Shown piece after piece: positions 1 through 15,052 of a stretch of DNA of 64,000 nt. The first letter of the stretch is position 1; every line of letters starts with the position of its first letter. Under the pieces are notes generated by a model. That model ran no database searches and was not told the DNA's origin. It worked only from the letters and a program-made list of their open reading frames with translations. The position numbers were made by a program, and so were the translations under genes. The DNA comes from the human T2T-CHM13v2.0 reference genome, Homo sapiens: assembly GCF_009914755.1 (NCBI RefSeq), contig NC_060938.1, one strand, 5' to 3'.

Positions 1-169
1 TTTTTTCTCATTGTATATTTCTCCAAAACTTTCTTTCTCCCCCTATGATTATATGTCAAAGGAAAAAATGCCTGTTTTTAATATGAAAAAGATGGGGCTT
101 GCATTGAAACAACTGTTTCCCAAAGTCCTAAGAATAAACCCAAATGGAATTTTTTGTTTATCAATTTAA

Positions 170-480
170 TTTATTATTATTATTATTATTTTGAGACAGA
201 GTCTTGCTTGCTCTGTCACCCAGGCTGGAGTGCAGCAGTGTAATCTCCACTCACTGCAACCTCCACCTCCTGAGTTCAAGCCATTCTCCTGCCTCAGCCT
301 CCTGAGCAGCTGGGACTACAGGTGCGTGCGCTACTGTGCCTGGCTAATTTTTGAATTTTTAGTAGAGACAGGGTTTCACCATGTTGGCCAGGCTGGTTTC
401 AAACTCCTGACCTCAGGTGATCCACCCACCTCAGCCTCCCAAACTGCTGGAATTACAGGTGTGAGCCACCGTACCCAGCC
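170..480 (-). mobile_element. Alu (S-like)
   Basis: Antisense Alu consensus with (TAT)n tail. Confidence 0.95.
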
Positions 481-899
481 CCAAATAGGATTTAAATTCA
501 AATAAATTTAAAATGTGCTTACCTTAAATTTTGAAAAATCTAAATAATATCACTGAAGAACATAAAACCAGATGAAAAGCTATACTATGTTCTGTGATAG
601 AAATAACTTAATATTATAAAAATACCAATCTCCTCCAAATGAATATACCAATGCAATGTAGTTTCAATTAGAATGTCAGCCAACATGGCAGACATGCATA
701 CTGTGCATATCTCCTCTGCTTGCTTACATTCTTCATTGTCCCATCAGATTTCATTTAGCAGAACACAATTTCAAAGATAAAATTATCAAGAATTGCAAGA
801 CGGTGACAGCAGGGCATTAAACCAAATATAGACTCTTCTGGAGGCTAGTGAGCCCTGGGCAACTGCACAGGTCACACAAATATAAAGCTTACCCTGCCA

Positions 900-1160
900 T
901 TCTGGCCACCATATTTAAAACTGAAACTCTTTCTCATCAACTCTTCTTTTTCTCTGTTCCTTGATCTATTTTCCCCTCCCAAAACACTTATCACTTTCTA
1001 ATGTATTGTATAACTGGTTTATTAATTATGTTGATTGTCTGCTTTCAGCTGCTAGGATGTAAGCTCAGCAATGTCTGGAGTCTTGTTCATTGATGTACCT
1101 CACATGCCTAGGACAGTGCATAGTAGGTGCTCAATAAATATTTACTGAATTGAACAAATG
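900..1160 (+). mobile_element. L2 3' end fragment
   Basis: ...gtaggtgctcaataaatatttactgaattgaac, L2 terminal motif. Confidence 0.7.
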
Positions 1161-1310
1161 ACAAGATAAACCCTTGAATGCTAATTGGGCATCTATCCTA
1201 GGATAATAAGAACTTGTGCGGTAGAGTCTTGTGGTGATGGTTAACTGGAAATGTGTGCATTGACTTCTGAACTTTGGGCACCCTTCCATGGAGAGCAAAG
1301 GAGACACTGG

Positions 1311-1317
<7 letters not shown>

Positions 1318-1359
<42 letters not shown>
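1318..1359. repeat. (CA)n microsatellite
   Basis: Direct reading. Confidence 0.98.
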
Positions 1360-1362
<3 letters not shown>

Positions 1363-3229
1363 TTCTGTTGCTCATTTGCTGGTTTGTCAGATAACTGAGT
1401 AAAAGCAACCTTATACTAGGGCCATGTTGTCATTATCACTCATCTTTAAACTTGGACCAAGCTTGAGGGTCTGGCAAACTAATAAAGCAAACTTCAGATC
1501 AGGCTCTGGGGCTGGCCTAGTCCAACATTCAGGCAACATTATTACCTACTAGCCCATTAATTCTTACCCACTAGCTCAGAAAGTGTGTACTCTCTAAGTA
1601 AGGAAAGGATTACTCCCTAAACTCTACATGTTTGTGCAGGTGTTTCTAACCTCTGCTCATGCTATGAAGGGCCAACATTGGTATTAAACATGCTGCATAT
1701 TTAAGCATGAAAAGTATGGATTTTCCAAGAGTAAGGAAGAGTTTTGGAAGCTATGTCAATCAAAATTTGTGGCACGACTATTAACAGGGTTCAGCTCTGA
1801 GGGGCAGGATTATTGGGATTTTTCACTTCTAAAATTTTGTTTAAGTGATCTGCTTTTTAGGGGATTGCTGGATAGTTTGGGCTTCTGATAGTAGATACAT
1901 CCATTATATTCTGAGAAGTTCAGTTTGTTTGAGGAAACTTATCCAGAATAGGCTCTTTTGTCATACAAAATAAATTTATTAATTTTATCAGTTGATCTTG
2001 AAGGAATATGTGAAGTCACAGAAAATCCAAATCCCAAAATTACAATCTGAGCAACTGATTTTGCAAATGCAGCGAAGTGTTCAATAGAACAGGTGCCAAT
2101 GTTTGACTGCCCATGTTCAATCCTCTACCTGGGTGGATTCGCATTGGGTTTTACCTTCTTGTACCTGGGTGGATTTGCATTGGGTTTCTCCATGCCTCAA
2201 CTGATGATAATAATGTTTGCATCTACCTCATAGAATTTTTGTGTAGATAGAATATGAAATCATTAAAATAGCATCTGGCACAGAGTAAATGCTCCATGAG
2301 TGTTAGCTGTCCTCATTAGGAGTTCCGTTTAGTACCTGGATATGGAGTTGGCTGTGCTGGGCTCTTGAAGCTCTGGAGATGTGCTTTCCTATGTGTAGAT
2401 TTAGATAGTGTTCCTATGTGGTGATATTAAAATGAACTAACTTGAGATATGAGAAACCCACTCTACTGTGACTGACCTTCTGGTCCCATCTCAATCATTT
2501 TAAGGCAGAAAAATGAACGGGTCTTGAAATCAGGACTAATGGGGTAGGGCAGAAAGAGCTTCTCTGAGTCTGGATTTGGAGCATAAAAGTTCTCAGAGAG
2601 TTTTATTGGTGGGCATTAAGTTGACCTCAACATGTGGAGCCTGACAGAAACTCCAGAGGGTCCCTGATATTAAATTTGGGGCTGTTGAACCTAAGAAAAA
2701 TCATTGCCAATGGCAAAGTAAATCACTTTGGAGGTATACTGTGGTTATCCCCCAAGCATGCAGTAAAACTTTATTAACCACTAAAACCTCAGATTTAGGG
2801 GGAATTCAAGGTGTTGGATTGGAGTTGTTACAGTTTTAATATTTGTTTAAAAATTGACCTTTTATAGCCCAAGCCAATAAAGCAGGAATACACTACACTA
2901 TCTATTTCTGGTTATACTATACTGCATATTTCTATAATGTTTGGAGTATTTATAGCATGTATAATGAAAGGATAACAGGAAAAAATATATTATTAATACA
3001 AAAATATTATATATACATATGTTTTAACCCATCTACAGGAATTACTACAATAGTTTTTATGCTTTGAGGTCAAATTATGTTAATTATTAACAAGTAGTAC
3101 AAGCTAGAAGTTGTATTATATCCAGAAAGTTCTAGAAAATGTGACTTTAGGTTCTATAGTATTTTTTACAGCACCATTAATGGCTATGAATAAAAAACTG
3201 AAGTAGTTATGTTTCAGTTACTTTTTTAA

Positions 3230-6200
3230 AATAACCCTTTTATTAGAATGTAACTTAAATTAATAAGTGAACAAATTGTAAATGTATTATCAATGAATTA
3301 TTATCAAGTGAACACACTCATGTAACTCTGCTCAGATCAACAAATAAAACATCCTAGAAGCTACCATCTTGCCATCCTCAGACACCATCCTTCTTTTCAA
3401 AGGAAAGAGTGGAATTGCTGGGTAGGCATATGCAGTAGAAACAAACATAGTTATCCAAATAGCAATATATCTATCTATTCTCACCAGAAACATACATGAG
3501 TTTCACTTGCTTCACATTTACAAACACGTGGAATTGTTAGGGCTTATTTTTTGCCATTCTGGGGATGTGTAATGGCATCTCACTGTGGTTTTAATTTGTA
3601 ATTCTCTGGTGACCAGTGAGGTTGAGGACCTTTTCATATGTCCATTGGGCATTGGATATTCTCTTTTGTGGATCAAGTCTCAAATGTTTTGCCCATTTTC
3701 TATTGGATTATATTTTTCTTAATGACATATACATTTTTCATATGTTTTGGATATGAATCTTTTGGCAACTATATTTTATATTGCAAATACTTGTTTTGCC
3801 TTTCAATTCTTAAACTCCTATCAACAAAACTTTTCAAGAGTCTTTATACCTCTAAATCCAGTTACCCAACCTCTTGGCCCCAAAGATTCAGAGGCTCTTT
3901 TGCTCCTACTTCTTCACTCTTAATTCCAAAGTCTATTCATTTTCTGCCTTAGGATAACTGGTAGTGGGAATATTTTTTTCCTTCCAGATGAAAGCTTCTG
4001 TCCTACCCACCCAGAGGGGGATCTGATTCCCACAGTCCAAACGGTAAAATTCTACCATAGCAGAAGGGATTTCTCAAAGCCCAGATAAGTCCACAAATTG
4101 ATTTAAGCAGAAGTTCCTAATTTTAATTTAATTTAGTTTTGTTGTTTTTGTTACCTATAAAGATATCTTTGCTTACACCATCATGAAGATATTTGCCTAT
4201 GTCATCTTCTAGAAGCTTTATTGTTTCATCTTTCATATTTAAGTGCATTATTCACCTAGAATTTATTTTTGTGTATGCTATTAAGAGGGGTCAAGATCTA
4301 GAGTGAGAGACAGTAGACCATTTTTTAAAAACTGCCTCTCCCCCACTACTCTGCAGTGCCAATTATGTCATAAATCAAGTATCTGTGCATTTGTCAGTCT
4401 ATTTCTGGACTTCCTATTTTGCTCTATAGTTTTATTTCTTTTTCCTTGGCCAACATCAAATTGTTTTAATTATTGTAACTTTTAAATAAGTGTTGGTATC
4501 CAGTGGCTATTATTGGACCTTTGCATTTTCATATGAATTTTAGAATCAGCTTGCCAATTCCCATGACGAATCTGCTGATTTTAATCAGGATTTTATTAAA
4601 TGTTTGGGTCACTTGGTGGAGAACTGATTTATAATATTGAGTCTTTCAATTCATGAATATGGCCTTTCACTCCCTTAATTTCTCTCAACGATATTTTACA
4701 GTTTTTCACAAACCTATATATTTGATGTTTTGGTGCTTTTGTAATTGGTATTTTTTAAATTTTATTTTCAAATTGTTTATTGCTGGTGTAAAGAAATAAT
4801 TAGTTTCTTGTATATTGATTCTGTATCCAGCAACCTTGCTAAATTCATTTAATAGTTTATCTTATATGAACTTCCTATGTACACAATCATACCTGCAAAT
4901 AATGAGTTTTATTTCTTACTTTCTGCCTTATTGCATTGGCGAGGATCTCCAGTACATTGCTAAGCAGAGGTGATAGCAAGGATCCTTGCTTCATTACTGA
5001 CTTCTGGAAGAAAGCTTTCAATATTTCACCATTATAATAATGTTTGCCATATATTTTTTGCAGATACTTTGGCATATTAAAGAAATTCCTTTTAATTCCT
5101 AATTTGCTATGTTTCTTTAAAATAATAAATGGATATTGAACTTCACTACCTGCTTTTTTCCTGCTTCTATTGAGATGATTTTTTCCTAATTCTTTAAATA
5201 TGGTAAATTTCATTGACTTTCAAGTGTCTAATCAACCTACTTTTGAAGTAAGTCTGATATGGTTGCAATGTATTCTCTATTTTACATACTACTGGGTTTG
5301 GGTTGCTAATATTTTGTTCAGGATGTTTACATCTATGTTCACGAGAGAGACTGCTCTGTAATTTTCGTTTCTTGTAATGTCTTTGTTAATTTTTCACATC
5401 AAGGTTATGCTGGTTTCATAAAATGTGTTGGGATGTTCTCTCTCCTTTACTACTTTCTGAAAGAGTTTAACAATATTGGTATTATTTTTCCCTTTAATGT
5501 TTGGAGGAATTTATCAGGAAAGTCATTGGAGCCTAAGTATTCTTCATAGGAAAGTCTTTAATTATGGATTCACTATTTTTGACATAGACTGTTAATATTT
5601 TCTAGTTTTATCTTATATCGATGTTGGTAAATTAAACCTTTTTTTGAAATAAAATAACCACTTAATCTATTATTTATGTTTGGTGGCAAGAGTTGGCGAT
5701 AACCTTTTTTCTTTTTAATATCTGTAGAACAAATGGAAGCTTCCATTCTTATTCCTGAGGTTGGTTGTGCTTTCTCTTTTTTTTCTTGGTCAGTCTTGCC
5801 AGAGGTTTATCAGTTTTATTAGTCTTCACCAAAATAATAATAATAATAACCTTTGGTTTCTCCTTTCTATTTGTTTTTGTTTATATTTTATATTTGTTTA
5901 TATTTTATTATTTTGTTCTAGTTTTTGTTTCCTTCCTTCTTTCCTTCCTTAATGTTTAATTTGAAAGTTTAATATTGAAGTGGATATTTAAATAATTGCT
6001 TTCAGCTTTCCTTTTTTCCTAATATATGCATTTTGCATCCCACAAGTTTTGATAAATTGCATTTTATAATTTTTTCAAATTTTTTAAAATTGAAATTGAA
6101 ATTGAAATTGAAATTCAATTTAAAATTGAAAAATTCAAATATTTTAAAATTTCCATTGTAATTTCTTCACTCCTAGGTTAAAATTGCATTAATTCCCTAA

Positions 6201-6370
6201 TGTATAAAAAACTTCGGTAAGCTTTTTGTTATTTTTGGCTTAATTCCATTGCAGTCACTGGAACACTCTGAATAATTTCAAATTTTTAAAAACTGTTAGG
6301 ACACTATGGTCCAGCACATAATTTTGTAAATTTCCATGTACACTTGAAATGAATGTGTATTCTGTGGATA
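3230..6370 (-). mobile_element. Old L1M (ORF2/3' part), degraded
   Basis: T-rich antisense L1; ORF 4887..5213 has the RT-like QGSLLSPLLSNVLEILANAIRQ. Confidence 0.85.
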
Positions 6371-6768
6371 TGTGTGACATTTTTAGTTTTATATAATCTC
6401 CATCACAGAAAAATAAAAAATTAAAATCTAAACATGTTTCTGTTTACTAACAAAAGTTATACATTAAAATTAAAATATTGACTAAATTTTCAGAATTTTA
6501 ATGAAGTTTGTATCTATAACTTTTAGCTATTAAAATATTCAACATTCTGTAAATGCTCTTTTGGTCAAAGCCATTAGTAATCACACCAAAAATTATTTCA
6601 TTTTGTTGTATTAATATAATTCTTAAAGTAGAATAGAAACCATAGGCAATGTAAGAATGACAATGTGGGATATTTTCCAACTAGATCTGAAAATAAAATT
6701 ACCTCCAGAGTAATCTGGTAATCCTTTGGTTAACTAGCAGCCTGCTTTAAATAACCTGATTATGTTAA

Positions 6769-7062
<294 letters not shown>

Positions 7063-8136
7063 TGATTTTTTTTTAAGTGTACTTTCAAAACCCCTATCTG
7101 AAATCCATGAAGTCAAAGGAAATGAGTTTGTGGTATATCCATAATGTGTCATTACACTTCCCACATAATATTGCCAAGGAGTCATTTTGTTGACCTTACT
7201 GAGATAAACATGCAACCTATGGAATCATAGTTAAAATATAATGGCTGATAATTGTGTTCTAGATCTGCAGGGTCTCAAGGTCTGCAGTATCTTCCTGGAA
7301 GAGACTACTTGATGTCCTAAGTGATAAAGTGGAAGATTTTGGCTTAGAATTTGAATCAGAATGTAAAGCATTCCTAGCATGTGAATAATCCAACCAGAGA
7401 AAATCATATTTAGACCTTCCAGTGTACACTCTCTAAAGGACTGACATCAAAAAGGGCAACCGGTGTTATTCCATTTGAGTCTACCCATTATATTCGAGCA
7501 CTAAAATGTTGGAAAGCTTTTTAATTCCTTTTTTTTTTTTTTTTGGCTTTAAGTAAAAAACAATGCAAACAATTATATATAAAAATCAAATTATATACCA
7601 TTAAAATTTAAAAATCATTCTCCTATTTTCAAAGCCATAGATGGAGTTTTTTTTCTCCTGCCACAACTTCTAGCAGATTATGAAGTTTAAATTTTTTGCA
7701 TGACCTGAACCAAGTTCTGGCAAAAGAGATGTTCTTTCAGTAGTCAGTGGCATTCCTCCTCGACCTACTTTTCCTAAGGTATATATTTTAAGTCCATAGT
7801 GTTGGTATTCACCAAGATATGTAAACTAAGAATCTCGGAATCATCTTTGATTCCTTTTCTTGCTTACCCCCCACATCTAATAAAGCAACAATTAATAAGT
7901 CCTATTGGTTTAATCTTCCAAATATTCCCTGAATCCATCACCTCCTCTTCATTCCTGTGCTACTCCCCCAGTTCAGGCTTTCACCAGATTAATGCAGTAG
8001 CCTGGTTTCTGCCCTCTCTTCTCCTTTAGTCCACTGCATACATTCTGACCAGTTATCTTTTTCTAAAACACAGAATTGTTCATGTCATTCACTTACTTAA
8101 TTCTCAATAGTTTTCTGGTTTTATGATAAAGCCTAA

Positions 8137-8453
<317 letters not shown>

Positions 8454-8965
8454 TAAGCTAACCCCAATCCAAATATTCGTTTTAACTTGCCCTTTTTGAT
8501 GGACCCCACACATTGAGCTCTACTCACACAGCAGTTTTTCCATTCAGTGATATACCAGTGACTCATGCCTCCACACCCTGCAAGTATAAGTTACTTCTGC
8601 CTAGAATTCCCCTTCTCCTCCACCACTGATGAAATGCTACTTGCCTTTTTAAAGCTCAGCTGAAATGTGACCTCTTTTATGAAATCTTCTTAGAGGTAAC
8701 AGAGCAAAGTGGTTAAAACATAGGCTATAGAAGCCTAAGGATGTAAGTTTGAATTCTATTACTTTTTAGATATATAATTTTGGTGAAGTTATTTAACTTC
8801 TTTGTGCCTCCATTTGACTCCTATTTCACATTAAGTTTATTGTAACATCTATTATAATAGATCCAGCCCAGAGACTCCTTTCTCACATGAAGTCTATCCT
8901 TCTTAGCATATATATTTTTAATGGCCTACAAAAACAACAATTGTATGATCATTTTTCCTTTGAAC

Positions 8966-8971
8966 TTTATT
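8966..8971 (-). terminator. Distal poly(A) signal AATAAA
   Basis: TTTATT on + strand; UGUA motifs upstream (9023-9026, 9059-9062); GU-rich UUGUUGUUUUUG downstream (8940-8929). Confidence 0.7.
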
Positions 8972-9809
8972 AGTAAAAATATCCTATTGGTATTCAGTGC
9001 TTAATGGTCAGGTTTCCATTCATACAGTTTCTCTGATGCACTCTTATTAAATAGCAATTACAGTAGCAAGGAGATTGTATAATAGAAAAACATACGGTAT
9101 GCATTTCAAATTTAATTCTTTCAAAATGTAAGTTCTGTGTCTTGGGCATAACACTTTACCCCCTCCTCAATTCAGCTTTACTAATTTGCTCACTACATTA
9201 AAAAAAAAAAAAAAAAACTTCCACCAAAAATATAGTTGTTTCTGCGTGATAAAATTGTAATTTTTAAATTTAATATTTTAAAATTTTTACAGGATTTCTG
9301 CAATGACCATTCTTATTCCCTCAATTTGGTCCTAAAGCCAAAACTTCAAGAGCTATGTGAGATGAGGATGGTCTCCTCCAGAGAGAGGGGAAGCCCAGTA
9401 TGGAGTATGGAAGCTCAAGTGAGGTGAGGAAGATGTTGCAGAGGGGCGCATGGGTGTGGGTGTATATTTAAAATATGCGTGAGTGTGTGTGTGTGTATGC
9501 ACACATAAAGCCCCCTAGCATTATCTATTGAGAAAGAGTAGGGTGAGACATCTCAATAATAATAAGCACATCTCATGCACAAATCTTGATTTCTAACTGC
9601 CAATTTCACTAAAAGGTGGAGGAATGGCTGATTCCAGAGCTGGGGCAAGGCAAGTACAAGATGACCTTGGAAAATCCTGTTGTGCCCAGAATAAATTGCT
9701 GTAAAAATGATGGGAACATGCCAAAACGACACAGGAGACAACCTGAAGAGGCTACTTCTGACCAAATTTGGGATAATTTGAGATTTGGTAAAATGACAGA
9801 TTATAATTA

Positions 9810-10416
<607 letters not shown>

Positions 10417-10938
10417 TTAAAGTGGAGAAGCCTGGTAAATAGTACCTTAAGAAAGTGATAAAAATGAACATCATCAGAAATGGGGCAAATTGAAATTGTG
10501 TACTATGTGATAGGATGCAACAATAACACAGAGTTGCATCCGTGGTATGTCTGCCAAAAAGCACAAACAGAATCTAATTACGTGGAAACAGAAATCCAAA
10601 TGTAGGGGTGTTTTACAAAGTAACTACCCTATAATCTATAAAAATGTCCAGAGTCAAAAAAGTCAAGGAAAGACTGTGGAACTGTGTCAGAATGAATGAG
10701 ACTAGAGCCACTACAACCTAAAGCAATACATGATTTTGAACTGAGATCCTTAAAAGGAATTAGGACAGCTAGTAAAATGATTGGTGTCTGAGGATTAGAT
10801 AGTAGTAATATGTCAATGTTAACTTCCCAATTTTCATGTATTGTAGTTATACTGAAGCATTCTTTCTTCTTGGAAATACAAAAGTATTGGAGGGTGGTGC
10901 AGCATCATGACAGCGACTTATTCTCAAAAGGGAAAAAT

Positions 10939-10944
10939 TTTATT
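10939..10944 (-). terminator. Candidate poly(A) signal AATAAA in antisense L1 sequence
   Basis: TTTATT on + strand, with UGUA motifs immediately upstream (10947-10959). Confidence 0.5.
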
Positions 10945-11561
10945 TGTACAGTATTTACAACCCTTCTGTTAAGTCTGATTGTTTCAAAAATTTTTCTTTA
11001 AAAAGCAGAATGTAGAACACTAATCAGTAGATTCTTATTAGAGTTGATAAAGGAATTCAATGTGATATATAACTAAGAAAACATAATGTTAATCATGGTA
11101 AACTTTGTTCAATTCCTGTGTCCACTGTGCACATGTTCTTCAAAACTGTTTTGGTTTTGTTATTAATTTCCTTTGAAATTTTTCTCATGCAAGACTTTCA
11201 GAATCTTGTTTACACACATGCACACACACACATAATTGGGATAGCAAAATGTTCATAGATGCTGTAAAGTTGTGTGAATTCTATTTTTAAAATAAAAAAA
11301 TGTACATATTACTATAAAAATAACTTCTCCCCCTTGTGGCAAAAATTGAAAATACATTCTACTGGAGAACTTAAGAGAGGCACTTAGGTATTATTCCTTA
11401 TAAAATATTTTCACATAACTTCATGTGAATCCCCCATGTTATCCTCTAAATGGTACACAGTATTCACAAACAATATGCTTAGAGGTAGCTTCACAGTTTT
11501 CTTTACATCCAGCATTGTCCAGACTCTATTTGGATATTTTCTATAGCAAAAACCTAAAGGT

Positions 11562-11663
11562 TATTTATTTTTCTAAAAACAGGGACTCACTATGTTGCCC
11601 AGAGTGGTCTTGAACTCCTAGCTTCAAGTGTTCTTCCCACCTCAGCCTCCCAAGTAGCTGGGA
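11562..11663 (-). mobile_element. FLAM/Alu monomer fragment
   Basis: ctcactatgttgcccag...ctcagcctcccaagtagctggga. Confidence 0.85.
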
Positions 11664-13399
11664 AGCTGCAGACTTGATAAAAGTGCTACAATAAAAGGCC
11701 AGAGTTGAAAGGAACCAGTTACAGTATAAAGATTAAAATGATAGGCAGGCAAAGAGGGATGGCCTCACTTAGAGGCACCTGCCAATTTAAGATTACAGGG
11801 GCATCAGGAAGGCTTCTCACCTCTCAAAGTTTAATCTCAAAACTCTGGAAGTCCACCAATGGAGACTAATTCCTTTGTTAGTTCTATCCAAACTTCACTT
11901 AGTTTATTAACATAAAGATAACTGGAAGGGATACGACACTTTCTTCATTTAAGATTCCCAGTGGTGAAAACAAAGAAAGTCACTCATTGGAACTATAAAT
12001 GAAACTTAGCTTTCTTATTCCAGGTTCCTACTTCCTTCCTTAACCCTCCATATTTCCTCCTATTAAGTCACTAGGCACTTATAATTCTACATTTTACTGA
12101 CCTTTCACTGATTATAAAGTAATTTAAGTGATTTTTGAAAGTAAACTTAATTCCAGTTTCAGACTTTTAAATTAAAAGTGGCTCAGTTGGATACTGTCTC
12201 TTAAACACAGTAATATAAATATTAGTATCTTGGCTAAAATGAATTATTGACAATTTTAATACATGTTGCACAGTACATATTAATATAGAAAAATACATGT
12301 TATCAGCAGCATGATGTTGACCATGTTCTAATCCATTCCACCTGCTCAAATATTAGTGCAAATAATTATATATTTGTAATGCATCACTGCTGTCTAGCAA
12401 AATCTATGCCTTCTGAATAAATGACTTTCCTCTGAGGTTGACTGCTATGTGAAGTATGATGTGATATATTCCTATTTAAACTGGCTTTGTATGGTGAGGC
12501 AGACTGCAACCTTCTAAACCACTTAGAAAATGGGCGAGTGTGTTTAATTACTCATCTTTCCCCCCAAAAGTCGATAATCACAAAACAAAGGTTAATGGTA
12601 CCTATCAAATAATAATGATAAAATACCTCGGGTCTAGTTCAAAAATAGGAATTTTGTTAAGCCCAGGGGCAGCCTAGCTGCTTTAATTTGGCAATTAAAA
12701 TTTCTGTTCTCTAAATGTCAGGTTTCTGTCCCCTATACATTTGAACAGTTGTTTCCTCCCTAAATTTGTAAAGAGAAATGATTGATCACTGGTAGAAATA
12801 AAAGGTAAGAGTTATGACAGCTTTTAAAACCCTTAACATGCAATTCTGATTACATGAAAATGACTATCTACTGTTAATATACTAAATATTTTGCCTTACA
12901 TTTTCACTCCAGCATTAGTCATTTAAAAACTACCAATGTACTAAATAGTTAACACAATTGGCAAGCCTATGACATTTAAAATAGTTTTTGAACATAAAAA
13001 CACTGATTTCTTCATATCTTCCAAGGTAGAGTTGTCATTTACTTCTATGTCACAAAATATAGTACAAAATATTTGGTCTCTTTCTATTGTGAAAATTATC
13101 AAGCTGGAAAAGTATATAAAATAATACCAATAAAGATTTGTGATAGACATATTTCTATTAGGTACAAACTTAACATTAAAATTTCATGACCACTTATAAT
13201 ATTTAAAAAATCAAATTTAAAAAGTATGACCATACATTGAACATATTAAGAAAAACACAACAGTAAATTAGATATTGACCCTGTATGCCAACTTTGTAAT
13301 ATAAATACTACAATAAGAATCATATTGGAAGCAACGATTAAGCAAAACTAATGAACCTATCAAACTAAAGGATCTATTTAACGTTACGTAAGGAGAATA

Positions 13400-13625
13400 G
13401 CATATAGAACCTAAAAGTGAGTGAGAAAAGATTTAGGTTTCAATCTGAGCATTTTACTAGCTGTAGACCTTGACTGGTCTACTTATCTTTCTATGCATTA
13501 GGTTTTTCATCTGTCAAATGGAAATAATAGTACCCAAATCCTAGGGTTGCTCTAGAATCCAATAATATGTGCAAAGGACTTATTAGCACAGTGTGTGAGA
13601 CTTAAATCAATACATGTAACTATAA
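13400..13625 (+). mobile_element. MIR
   Basis: ggtttttcatctgtcaaatggaaataatagtacc core. Confidence 0.75.
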
Positions 13626-15046
13626 TTATCTTTATTATGCAGCAAAATTTTTTAAATTGCTAACTTTTAACTTCATGTAGAATTATTCAGTCTAACAATA
13701 TGAACTGATCTTTTCTTCTAAAGTATAGAATAATTACAGGATAGATCAGAGAGAAATAATACAGAAACTGAATATAGTTAAACTAATTGAATGAAAGCAC
13801 AAAATGCTTTGTATGTAAAATTCAACAATATATGGGTAATGTGCAGAATATTTTTGCGTTAAAAAAAGTTAATCTCCCAGATGTGAGCTTTGTTAGTCAC
13901 CAACAAATTATGTACTGACTGAACTGCTGTCTCTCAAACACAGTTCAAGCATGCCTTAGCCACTACCTTAGGTACTTGACCACTTTAAGGGGTTTTGTGG
14001 CATTTCAAAAATCAAAATCTCTTTATCCAGATCCTTGTAAATATTCACCATTACAGGTAAGAAAAACGCATTTTAGGGAAGCAGTGAATTCTCCACTTGG
14101 AATCAATCTACTGATTGATAATTAAATTATTTCACTGTGAACCAGAAGGCTAGTATTTAGAAAGCAAAATATTTAGAAGTGAAAGAGGGGGGAAAAAAGA
14201 ATGATCTACAATGTAATATAAATTAACCTAATTTAAATTAGATTTTAATTTAACCTACTTTGATAGTTTTTTAAAACAAGGAAGATCCTAAGGACTTGCA
14301 ACTATGGCAATCCTCAAAATGGGACCAAAAATTGTCCTGGAATGGTCAGGTGGTCATCCATCTAAAGATCCATCCAGCTACTATTTAATAATTCTTCATA
14401 AGGACACTTCATCTACTCTGGTTGACTGTCATTTTCAACATCATAATTTACATAAGGTAGGCTTCCTTTATTAAATTCGTATTCTGTATTTCAGATATTT
14501 CTCAATTTTAGAAAAACAATGCACAGTGTGTTAAGAGCATATTTTCAACTTCATTCAATGCATTACCTAAATACTGCATATTAGCTCATGCGGTATTGTG
14601 TAATACTGCAAAGACCGTACTTACGTAAATGTTGGTTAAAGTTACCAATTATACAAAGCTCCACTCTCTACCTAAAATTTTACCATGTGCAAAACGAAAA
14701 ACATTTTAGTTATTGATCATCTCTTCTGAGCCATACACTTTGGGCAAAATTTTGTGATGGCTATAAATATGAAAACACTTAAAAAATCAGAATACAAAGA
14801 ATGCATATTGCCTCACATGACACATTTTTTTTTTTCCCTCAGAGAAAGACCATCTGTTTAGGATAAATTTCTAGTCTTGTTTATATAGTCAAGTATTTTT
14901 TGCTAAAAAAGAAAATGAGAAGACCTGTGCTGTGAAAAATTTTAAAAATCTCAAATTTTTAAATAAAAAATCATTTATAAAATTCAGGATGGATGGCTCT
15001 AAAATATAAAAAGAGTGAAATAAAAAAAACAACTGCAGGGAATTTG

Positions 15047-15052
15047 TTTATT
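15047..15052 (-). terminator. Candidate proximal poly(A) signal AATAAA
   Basis: TTTATT on + strand, followed on the transcript by a U/GU-rich tract (15033-15001). Confidence 0.55.

Noticed and set aside
6086-6135. (GAAATT)n run with a small palindrome
   Set aside because: Slippage in AT-rich L1 sequence
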